Assembly: GCF_001194135.2 (NCBI RefSeq)
Contig: NC_068998.1
Span: forward strand, 27,495,610-27,559,609
DNA length: 64,000 nucleotides
From: Octopus bimaculoides
Lineage: Eukaryota
Direction: 5' to 3'
Shown: positions 25,201-37,895 of the stretch, one piece after another
How the letters are laid out: every line of letters starts with the position of its first letter
How positions within the stretch are numbered: the first letter of the stretch is position 1
The notes under the pieces: generated by a model
Databases searched by the model: none
What the model was told of the DNA's origin: nothing
Seen by the model: only the letters and a program-made list of their open reading frames with translations
Program-made: the position numbers and the translations under genes

Positions 25201-28200
25201 AATGTGTTAGTAATAATAACACTATTAAACTGTTTTAATAAGTCATAATACTAAGTGAATTTCAAAATAGCTTATAACCTATTTATATACTGCCTAGCAG
25301 TATATAAATTTATATACTGCCTAGCAGTTTTACTTGCAACATATATACAACAAAACAGGTATCAGTGACAGTGCAGAAAACAGCTCCAAACTTAAAGGAA
25401 ACTATAATTATATTTGTTCAGAATTCTTTCATATGGACATAAACAAACTACAAATGGTAATGTCAGCTTTTAAAAGCATATTTCATTAAATAAGTATCTT
25501 TTTAATAACATTTAAGATAAGATAGGTTGATGTCATCATCATCATCATCATTTAACGTCCACTTTCCATGGTGGCATGGGTTGGATAGTCTGACAGGAGC
25601 TAGCTGAGCAGAAGACTGCACCAAGCTTCAGTGTCTGTTTTGGCATGCCTTTTATAGCTGGATGCCCTTCCTAACACCAAGCACCTTGCAGTTGTTGTTT
25701 TTTCGAGTTCTACATCTGCTATAGAACAAGAGAGAGAGAGAGAGATCTTCAAATTGCATCCATGCAGACAGGCTCCAACAACAGAATGCTATTTAACAAG
25801 AAAAAAGATTTGGTTTGCAATAACTTACCGGATGGAAAATGTTGAAGACTCTGGAACATGTGGGAAGGCAGAATTCTTCTCCTACTTTTTCTACCCCACG
25901 TACAGCTAGAAATACTCCAATAGGAGAGCCTAAAGCAAAGAAGCTAACAGGATGAAAGAGTAACTGTGGATATTCCACAAAGGGTTGTCCAGTTCCAGCC
26001 ACACCCATCAAATAGTCAACAGAAATCGATGTCTCACATTTTAGCAATCTAAGAGAGAAAAATAAAGAATTGTACAAAACCATGAAAATTAACACTAAAA
26101 GATGCTTTTTACTTCTTTTATAAATACTTTTCCATTTTAAGAAGAGCATTGTAGCTCACTTGAAGCGTTATAGTACCAAAGGAAAAGAAAAGGGGAAATA
26201 AGAATGCAGAAAGTTTTACAAAAACCTTTATATTCCAGGCACAAAGGCCCATTGTCAGAAGAAAGCAGTCTTGGAAATGTCCTGCTACACTGATTCCTTT
26301 ACCTTATTCAAACTCCTAGGTTTTAGGTTAACAGCACTAGCAGCAACTCTCCAACTGTTGGTTGATGCAATGTATAGTCATGTGGTGGTGGTGGTGGTGG
26401 CATATATTATGATGCTGGTTGCAATCACCATGTTTATAGAGGAGCCACTGGCTCAACTCCAATTGGCTGTTAATTTTGGGATTGAGACAGTGGATCAATA
26501 TAGCTTCTTTTATGTGTAGATTTCCAGTCACATCAACTAACAGCGGGTGCGTTGCCTACACCAGCAGTCGGAGGTTTGCTTACACCAACAGTTGAAGAGT
26601 GGCTGCTACTGCTGCTAACCTAATGCCAAGGAATTTGAATAAGGTAACAGAATCGGTGTGACTGGACATTTCTCAGACTGCTTTCGTCTGAGGATGGGCC
26701 TTAGTGCCTGAAATATAAAAGATTTTGTAAAATTTTCTGCATTGTTAGAAGCTTTCTTACTTCCCCTTTTCTTTCCCTTTTAAATTGTGTTAGGTGAGAG
26801 TCATTTCCTAGGATTATTGAAGTGAGCCAAATAAATTTAAAGACCATTAAATAGTACGTGTGTGTTTTAGTCACAGCCTGGACCATGGAACATTTTATAG
26901 TTATTCAAAACAGAAAAAGCAAAAGCAACAAGCCCACTGTCAGGAGGCCTTCTTTCTGCTTCAAAGTGCTTATAATGTCTAATATTATCCATCTAAAACA
27001 GCCAATTTATTTATTTCATTATACAGACTATTTTGCATATGTTCATTTCCTTCCCATCTTGACATTTATGATAGCTTTTTTCCCTCTACTTTCTCTAGTT
27101 TCAAGTTCTGCTCATTGACGAATTGAACAGATTTGTACGCAAAAACTGAAGTCAACTTGGTCACTTGTCTAAGCAATAGGAACCTCACAAAATTTCAAGG
27201 AAAACTCACTTTGTTTTTAAATTTGTTTCTGCTTCTTTCAGTTTCTCTTCCTCTTTTCTTTTCTTCTCAGCTTCTATCTTCTGCTTCATGGCAGCCTCTT
27301 CTTCTTGCTATACAAATGACACATTAAACAATTATTAATAATACTAAACAAAATAAAATTTTTACTATATCTTCAATCAGAAGAATAACTATTTCTAGAT
27401 TTTTCCTGACTGTTTGAAAATTTATGAATTCAAGACAAATGATTTTAAGTGTCCTTAAAATGGTACAAACAACTATTTCATATATTGTACATAACACATC
27501 TGTCTCTACAAAGTCTGAGTTACATGCTTGTGATGGAAATATACTTTAATCATGAACAGCTGTTAACTCTGTACAAAATTTAGTAAAATACTGTTTTCAC
27601 CAGTTTCATAGATTCAGTCCACTTTGCTGATATAGTGGTAGTTGATCATGCACAACCCTTTCAACATGGACATATCACATTGGTCTATTTTGGGATCATA
27701 TTGCACACAAAACTATGATGTTATTTGCTGCATGGAGTGAAGTGTGACAATTCGGGCATGTTGTATCTATTTTAATATCCAGACTGCTCTTGCATGATTG
27801 GAGATTTTGGTGGTGTCTGTACACTGACATTCACTAAGGAAACATGTACACTGGACCTAGTGTGACTATTGATATTGCAGTTGTGAATCTTGTAAACCTG
27901 TTCACTTTGGCTAGAAGAGGTTAGTGTTATTGATTTGTTTAGATATTTCAAGGTTATCACCCTGTAATGTACAAGTTATATAGACAGCAGTAATAGACTG
28001 TGTTCTTTATATATCTATGTGGTTTTTAGATTTAATATTAGGCTTTTGTTGTAGAGAAAGGAGGTGTTGGGAAGGGGTGCATATGCACATACATGCAACC
28101 TATATGAGGTGGAGAACATTTCTGAAGTATTTCACATTTTTTTTAATGTTTCTGAAAGAGATAGGAAGGAAGCTAAAGCAAGATTAGAATATTTCATAGA

Positions 28201-30556
28201 CAACATTTCTCACAACATATAATGATCTTTAGTTTCAATATCCTCTACATGTAAGGTAAAGGTTACAGATAAGCTGTAAAACTATTATTTTATATGTATG
28301 CAGAATGTTGCTTCCTTTAAGTATGTAGCATAAAATGATGGATTTTGTTGTTGTTAAGTCAGGTGATGGGGAATTCTTCCCATCAACCTACTCATTTCTT
28401 TGGAAACAAACCACAATGTAAACTACCACCTCCTTCATCATTATGACATTTCATGGTGATGATTACCAGTACAGCTTCCATAAATCCATTCTGTCTTCTT
28501 TGTTACTTACCAGTGACCTTTGATGCTAAAGAACTTTAGTAAATTCTTTAAACACGTCTAATATAGGAATGTACTCTCTAAATATGCACCTATGGGCTTC
28601 ACCTCTTACACAAGTCACGCTATTACTTTTCAACAATCTCTATCCTGATTCAACCCTATGACTAATCCCTTTTCTCTACCCACTTCTTTGCCATACACCA
28701 CCATCCTCCTCTCTTACCATCTCTCATCCCTTTGCCTAGAGGATCATCACCCACTCTCTCTTCTGGTCTCCCTCAGCTATAGGGGCCTTGCAAGATACAA
28801 GAGCATTAAGAGCATTATCACTGGTGCCAACAAACAAAAAGCTCCCAGTACAATCTGCAAAGTGGTTGGAATTAAGAAAGGGATCGAGTTAATAGAAACT
28901 ACACAAAAGTAGACATTAGTGCATGACACAGGCCTCCAACTCATCATCAGACCCTGTCTAACCATCCAACCGTTACCAGTGTGGAAACTGAATGCTAGAT
29001 GATGATGATCATCAGCAGTAGTATTGATAGTCAGTACTTGACAACATTATTAGATAACACACCTTGACACTCAAAATTCATGAAGCATTCTAAATCTTTT
29101 AATTGATACAGGCATGGTGTAAGGAAGGTCAAAACAAACTATGGAACCTGGTGAAGCCCCTGGCTTTGCCAGTTCCTGTAGAGCCATTCAACCCATGCCA
29201 GCATGGAAAACGGATGTTAAATGATGATGATGATGTGTTTAAGAAGTTCACTTCACAATTACATAGTTTTGAATATGATTCCATTGCAAGGCACTTTGGG
29301 CATGTCTCCATTGCAAAGCACTTTTTCAGAGCCTCAAACTGACTTGGATGGAATTTATGACATGGAACCTGTGTGAAAGAGTGTTCTTTTTTGGTGTGAG
29401 ACAATCTGTCATCTAGTTCACTACCATCACCTAAGCCTTGGGTGTCCATTTTGAAGCAAGCATTCAGGGAAGGTCCCTGGATTGAGGATAACTTCCATCC
29501 ACCTATTTTGCAGATCCAGACTATGCCATGCAAAAAAATGAAATATTTGATACTGCAATTCCTTATATCTGACCTGTTTTAATTCTGTCATCAACTTCTG
29601 AAGTTTCTTTCGTGGTCCCATAGGTAAACCAAGACATTTCAAATCCTCGTCAGTACACATACTCTAGAAAATACACAAAAAATTATATTATTTAGAAAAT
29701 AGTTTCATCCAATTGTTCAATCATTTCATTAAAAAAAAAATCAAAGTATTCTTGGAATAAATGAGCTAAATAGTTTCAGATTCATATTTACTTTTACTCA
29801 GTTTATATATTATATATAGCATATATACCCTAATAAGTTTTTATATAACATATACCCCACCCCCAACAACTTACATTATATGTACACAACAATTTTTTTT
29901 TTCTAATATAACATATACTCAGCAAATTATCTGTGGTCAACAAGTTCTTAATATGTGACCCTTGATGCTCTTATATTCATTTATGTTCTATAGTGTAAAG
30001 TGATAATTAGCGGGAATCCTGAGTTACCTCCACCGCAGTTTCACCTTATCTTCCTTTCCAATTGAAACCCACTTCAGAAGCACCAAAAAATGATAAATAG
30101 CTTTAAACAGGATACTGCCACTCTGACATCAATTACTTAACTGCTGAAGAATATTTAATTTCCTAAATTAAAGCCAACTAATTTTATTTTGGTCTTATTC
30201 CTAAATGCTTTGGTTAATTTTAAATTTTAATCAGCCTTTCTTTGGACATAATTATCTATATATATAAAAATGAGAATGTGTGTCTGCCTGTCTGAATCCC
30301 TAAAACTCGAGAGCTACGCAACCAATTTCATTCAAATTTTACAGATGCCTTACTTAGGGCTCCAGTTGTGTTTTAGTAAAAAAAAAATTTTAACTTCTTG
30401 CAGAGTTCGAGCCCACAGCAACATAATATTTCCTCCACTATTTAAGTATTACGTGTCAGAAGTGAAACAAATACACCCATGCCAAATAATTTCACTTTAA
30501 AAATGAAACTATTCTACTGACTGAAACAATCACATTCCGATACTGTGAGTGAGTGA

Positions 30557-30608
<52 letters not shown>

Positions 30609-33600
30609 TATATGTATACATATAGATGTATATGTACACGTTATTCCACTAACTGAAACAATCACATTTCGATACTTTCAGAGAGAGAGAAAGAGATGTA
30701 TATGTATACATATATATGTACACGTATATGCATAGATATATATATATATAGATAGATATAGATCTATATGCATACATGTATATGTATACACATGTGTAGA
30801 TGTATATATATATATAGATGTACATGCAATATGTACACATATATATACATGCATACAGATATCTATACATATNNNNNNNNNNNNNNNNNNNNNNNNNNNN
30901 NNNNNNNNNNNNNNNNNNNNNNNNNNNNNNNNNNNNNNNNNNNNNNNNNNNNNNNNNNNNNNNNNNNNNNNNNNNNNNNNNNNNNNNNNNNNNNNNNNNN
31001 NNNNNNNNNNNNNNNNNNNNNNNNNNNNNNNNNNNNNNNNNNNNNNNNNNNNNNNNNNNNNNNNNNNNNNNNNNNNNNNNNNNNNNNNNNNNNNNNNNNN
31101 NNNNNNNNNNNNNNNNNNNNNNNNNNNNNNNNNNNNNNNNNNNNNNNNNNNNNNNNNNNNNNNNNNNNNNNNNNNNNNNNNNNNNNNNNNNNNNNNNNNN
31201 NNNNNNNNNNNNNNNNNNNNNNNNNNNNNNNNNNNNNNNNNNNNNNNNNNNNNNNNNNNNNNNNNNNNNNNNNNNNNNNNNNNNNNNNNNNNNNNNNNNN
31301 NNNNNNNNNNNNNNNNNNNNNNNNNNNNNNNNNNNNNNNNNNNNNNNNNNNNNNNNNNNNNNNNNNNNNNNNNNNNNNGTTGCAGACCTCCTTTGGGTCT
31401 TTTTATTATCACTACGACACACATAGTCCCCAGTTGGTAACATTGATTTCAAGGCCCTCCTAGATGAGAGACTGGCATTCCACTTAATGTCTATGTTCCA
31501 TGCTGGCATGGATTGGAGAGTTATTAATGTAGAAATATAGTATCGTAGCTACTAACAGTTGAGGGTTGCGTAGTCTAGACGGCGTTTTTAGATTTCATTA
31601 TTCTCTTTAACCCGGGCAAAGCCGGGTATTTCTGCTAGTATAAGAATAAAAAGAGCCAATGAAAGAGTCTCTATGTGATTGTTGAGTTAGCTAGAAAACA
31701 ACATCCAAATTTCTCTCAAATTACAACGCTTTGCAATCTTAGAAAAAGAACACATTAGATAATACAGTTTTAGATATACTGCAGCTGGATAAAAAGCTGG
31801 ATTGATCAAGGCTGTAATGCTTTTGATTAACAGTCTACTCTATTGGGGTTAAACAACACACAAACCCCCACACAACTTTACCACTGTTCCTATACTCATT
31901 ACTCAATATGCTTTTTGTTGTTTTACATTTTCTGAGTTCAAATTCAATCAAAATCAATAGTTTACAGTAGGTGTAGCATATATTTCTCAAACCAGTAGAA
32001 TTCACAGAAAATAATTTTTGAAATCTAAATTAATTGTCTGGCACTAACTGTATCAGTTATAACAGACCAATCATTAGTAAACTACTGATCCTTCAGTGTT
32101 TTGTTTCAATGCTGTATTGTATTGCAGAATATGTCTTTAGAGTTTATGCAACACTATATGTAGAAAGAGATGTAAATACCTTCTCTGTATATACAAAAAT
32201 GTCATGGACAGGAAAAGAAAAATCAACCAGATTAGTTTTAATCTTGTGTTGAGATTTCTTTAGGGAATGAGTAACCTTTGTAACTATCCATGGAGACCCG
32301 GCATATAAATTCACTATTACTAAGGAGCTTCGGCAAATGGGATAGACCAGTTGCATCTTTTATCTTTTACTTGTTTCAGTCATTAAACAGTGGCCATGTG
32401 TTTATAGATTTTTTTAGTCAACACTATATGTATAGACATATGCAAACACCTGTATATAGAATATCTCCATTCACAAAGATATTATATACATAAGACAAGG
32501 TATTTACTTGTCTATAGAGTGCTGGTCAAAATCTATAGACTTACCTTGCAACAGAGTATGGTATAAGTCTATAGTTGTTCTAGAATAAAATTAGTAATTG
32601 TAGTTTGTCACATCAACATAACATGTAATGTTACTATATGTAAACTAATAAGTATTAAAGTTCATTTCAATACAACTAAAACAAAATACTTTTTTTAAAT
32701 AAGAAAATGAAAATCTCACCAATGCATCAATATCAATTTGTTCATTTTTAAATATTTCTATTTTATCCTGAAGTCCAGCTTTAGCCAGTAAGTCTTCAAG
32801 ATTCATCTCAGTTTCTTGGTTTGTATCTTCTTCCAATGCATTTGCCTTAAAACCAAACAAAAAATTCCAGTCATGACTAATTACTTTTTAAATATTTAAA
32901 TCCATGTTAACTTTTCAATAATCAAAATGGCAAACACTAAATTAAACTCAGCAATGATATCCAATCAAAATTTGCAACTAGATTTGCACTAACCATTTTT
33001 AATATTGCCCTTTCTTTTATGCAGAAGAAACATGATTTTATTCCCAAGATTTATAATTAGAATTTGGTCATAGAAAATGCAAGAGTTATTAAAAATAAAT
33101 TTCATTTATTAAACAACATTTAATCCTGCTATTTCAAATGCATAAAAAATAATAACTCAAACACAAATATTCTGATCTATCTTCAGGTCACACAACATTC
33201 AAATGTAGCCTGAGCATGTTCCCATACTAATGCAAATCATTGCGTGGAAATGACTGAAATATCATGTAAGTGTAGATCCAGTTAAAATGTCAGTCAACAA
33301 ATGAGTCTTTGTGGTTACCTGATCAGCTAAAAGTAGTAAACAAATCTTTAAAATACACCCTACTTGTATTAATGAATAAGGAGGATACATTAGATAAATG
33401 TAAGCCTAAATACATTATTCTTGAAAAATATTCAAACGGAATGTAATAGTTGGAATGCCTTCATTAATAGGCTAAGCTCAATCAATGCTGACTCTAGGCT
33501 AAGCAACAACACAAACTGAAAACAGTAAATATGTGAATAATGTTCATTCACTAAATATTCTTCAAACATTAATATTCATACATACAATTGGCAGCATTGA

Positions 33601-36600
33601 GACCAGGATTTGTTACTGGAAAGCAAAATTGTTGACTGCTCAGTCAAGCTGTGCTAAGAAGCATCATTCACTAGCAATTTTCCACAAAATTATGCCCGAC
33701 CATTGTGCTGTTCATTTTTGAAGGACTGAGGGAAATATTATCTTACTTGGAAACAGCTAAAGGTCGGTGACAGCAAGAACATCCAGCTGTAGAAAATCTG
33801 CTTCAATGAACTTCATTCAACCATGCAAAAGTGTGTGTCAAAATGGTGAAACACTAAATTGTGTTCACCCTATAAATCAGTAATTCTCAAATGGGGTCCA
33901 TACAGAATTTTATGGGGTCCAAGCAAAGAAAATAGCAAATTGGAGATCCACAGTATTATTTTAAGATACATGAAAAAATTCTGCTTTAGACACATATAAT
34001 GCATGAAACAACTAGGTTTCTTACTCTAATGCTTAACATGTTTGCTGCCACTGAAACGGGATCTCTCAGAAACTGCTATTGGGAATCTATATAAGTGAAC
34101 ATGTGAAGAACAAAATAGGAATTTTGAAAGAATTAGCAATAAAACTCGTTTTTAAACACTGAATAGCTACAGGGGCTTATCAAAGTCAAAAGGGTTCATA
34201 GGTAAAAATGGTTGAGAACTACAGCTCTAAATAATGTTCATACATTAAAACATTGCTGTGTGGGAGCATGACAGAAACACCAACATGGGAACATGCCCAG
34301 CAAATGAATCATCATTTAACCTTTCACAAAGCCCTTTCAGATTCTATGTAGCCCCAGAGTAGTTCAAACATGACAAGACTGAAATTGCAATGACTCAGTT
34401 ATGGACATGGCTTTTGTTTAAATTTGGATGTCAGCTCTATATTTCTGTACCACAAAATTAATTAGGTTCACAATTATGAAATTTGTTCATTGAATCACTG
34501 TAAGGTGTTGCCTACATATATCGCCAAGAAAATTATCCTACGTAGAATAAACATCATCAAAGTGTTCATCCTATGTGGAATAAACATTGCTATCTTTTAT
34601 CTGTTCCAATCATTAGATTGGCCATGCTGGGACAACAAGCCTGGTACTTATTCTATTGGTCTCTATAGCTGAACCACTAAGTTACAAAGACATAAACGCA
34701 CCAATACCAGTTGTCAAGTGGTGGCGGGGGGACAAACAAAGATACAAAGACACACACACACACACACACACAGACAAATTTACACATCAGTTTCCATCTA
34801 CCAAATTCATTCACAAAGCTTTGGTCAACCTAAGGTTATAGTAGAAGACACTTGCCCAAAGTGCCATGCAGTGTGATTGGGAAGCAAGCTTCTTACCACA
34901 CAGCCAAGCTTGTGCCTATATTAAGCTATTTATCCTATGCGTATACAGCAGCATTAAACTGGTTTCTAGGGGGTGGTTTTACAGTCATTTTTTTTAATGA
35001 CAAAATAACAAAGATGTTTACCTTGTCTACTTCTGGAACAGGAACTGGTTCAGGACTAACATCCTTGCTTTTGTCTCCTAATTTCTGATTATTTTGAGGA
35101 TTGTGCTGATGCAACAACAAATCAAAAAGAATAGATGAACCTGAAATTGTAGAATATGAGACATATTAGAATTAACTGGATTAGAGTATGCAATGAATTA
35201 AATGGGAACATTATCTTCATTATAATGAGGGTATATATACTGAAGTAATGATTTCCATCTACATTCTGTTTTTAGATCTGACAAGGATCAAATATATTCT
35301 ACATATATAAGTTCAATGAAATAAGTATCAGGCATAACTGTAGTTGATTCCTTAGAAATTTATAGTCTTATGCTTCTACAAAACAATTATTATTATTATT
35401 ATTATTATTATTACTACTACTACTACTATTGCTATTATTGAGAGAGAGAGAAATGCATGCCATTGAGGTAACACTGGGGTACAAATGTACAAAGCCCAAG
35501 ATACCCACATGACTACCCGTGTGATAAGGGTACACCAGGCACATGCATCACAACCATATGTGTGCAATATAGTGATTTCATATCAAGATAAACAGCGCAT
35601 GACCTTGTTAGAATTTTCTTCAGGTCAAGTAGCCCATCCCACTCAAATGGTCCTAGAATAAGGGTTGTTTAAAGATGATGAATGAAACACCCGTTTCCAG
35701 AGGTGAATTATTCAAACCCTCAAAGAATTCCTCTCAACACATGGCTATGATGCCTCCCCACTACTCCTGCTCAAGATCAAAAATGCACATAACGTCAGCC
35801 ACTAAGGGACATGCTCGACTGGTGAAGGTCAAGCGACAAGCAAATCTGTGGTATTGAGCAGAATATTTGCTGTAGACCATCTTTTATACCAAGACAAAAC
35901 ATGTACATGATAACACTTCCAATTAGCTAAGATCAGAAGCCATGAGAGCCACTGCCTGGTACTGCATCCAGGCATTTATCATCATCATCATCATTATTAC
36001 TATTAAGAATGGCAGTGAGCTGGCAGAATTATTAGCACACTGAGCAGAATGCTCAGTCGTACTTCACCTGTCTTTATGTTCAATTTCTACCAAGATCAAC
36101 TTTGCATTCATCCTTTTGGGATCAATAAATTAAGTACTAGTCAAGTACTGGGGTCGATATGATCGACTTACCCACTCCCCACAAATTTCACGACTTGTGC
36201 CTAAAGTATAAAGGATTATTATTATTATTATTATTATTATTATCATTATTATTAAGGTGGCAAGCTGGTAGAATTGTTAGCATGCTGGGTAAAATGCTTA
36301 GTGGCATTTTGTCTGTCTTTGTGTTCTAAGTTCGAATGCCAGTGAGCTTGACTTTGCCTTTCATTCTTCCGGGGTCGATAAAATAAGTACTAGCTGAGCA
36401 TTGGGGTCAATGCAATCAACTAGACACCCTCCCCTGAACTTGCTGGCTTGAGCCAAAATTTGAAATCATCCTTATTATTATAATTATATACATTATTAAT
36501 ATATAGGTATTAGAAACATTACATAAAATATTTCAGTATTACCAACATTACATACAATATATTGGTTTTACATACAATTATATTGATAGAATATTTCTGT

Positions 36601-37846
36601 AATGATTAACAAGTAGTTAAAATGTTCTTTCTTCTTAATCCTATGTGTCACAGGCACATAAATCACATACCGAAGGATTATATCAACTGTTGTCTCACAA
36701 GTTGAGAGACAACAGAACTGTTGTTGATGTAATACAAAAACTTGACATGAAGAAATGAGGTTGTTATTGTAAAGTTAATAGAACACTAACCTAAACTATG
36801 CCCAGATACTGACACAGTTCCTTTGAAAGTAGGGTTTCTCAATAAAAATAATTCATAGAGACGATTAATTTCAGAACCAACAGTATCACACATTGTCTGT
36901 AGAAAAGAAAGAGAAAAAAAAAATCACATTTTATGATGACAAGATCTAGTTGGATACTTTGAACCCCATTATTTTATCATGCCACACACTTTAATCCTTT
37001 TGTAAATATGTTAACCCTTTTGTTACCATACTTCTGTTGAACTACATTGCATTTGGTTTAATTAATTTTGAAAATAATAAAGAATTTTGTAAAGTATAGA
37101 TGGCAGGGGAAATGCGGTGGGACAACTACTCTGACTCATGGGGCTTGCACTTGCAGATAGCCACCACCACCCCAATAGTGGTGAGCAGGGATATGGTCCA
37201 GCAGCCAAGAACGTAAGAGGCCTCCACTGCCACAGGTATAATTAATCAAACTTGTTTGATCACATTTAAACTTCAGAAAAATGTAGCAAATGTCATTATT
37301 ACAAACACAAAGAAGCTGGTATTCAAACAAATTAACAAGGAATTTTAATGGGAAATTTAAATTTAGATCACTTTATATAGAAAAAGTGTATCATAACAGG
37401 GTTGGTATCAAAAGGGTTAATAAAAACAAATATAATTACACTTAACTCTCAAACAGTTACTACTACAACAAATAATCTTAGAAATATAGAAATCAGTTTG
37501 AGAGTCATTGTGAGAGTCAATGTTAAATGAAAGGGTTGTAATTCAGATTTGTGATATTAATCAGCAAAAGGAATATATTTACCTGACAGTATTTGGGACT
37601 GGTATAAAACAAAATATCTAACAATGTATCATTGATAAATTGCCGAAGCTTCTGCGTGCTTGGAAGGGTTATTGCTTTCAGTTGACTGAAGAGAAAGAAA
37701 TTGAGAGTAAATGCCAGTTAAATACAAGTCAAAAAGGGGTGAAATGTTAACAGGGATAATCAGATCCAACACACTCTACCATCACCTTTTCTGTACTGCC
37801 AGTTATCGCGCGCGCGCGCGCGCGCGCACGCACACGCACACGCACA

Positions 37847-37895
<49 letters not shown>

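Noticed and set aside
26200-26708. Strong-looking acceptor (ttttatatttcag) suggesting an alternative SEC23IP exon
   Set aside because: All three frames hit stops quickly, and the in-phase frame stops at once; it is part of the inverted repeat.
30649-31509. Long ORFs containing X runs (also 22695-23077 and 40537-41694)
   Set aside because: Artefacts of N-gaps and microsatellites.
36687-36715. 10-bp perfect hairpin ctgttgtctc/gagacaacag
   Set aside because: Short, with no CTAG end or other context; plausible by chance.
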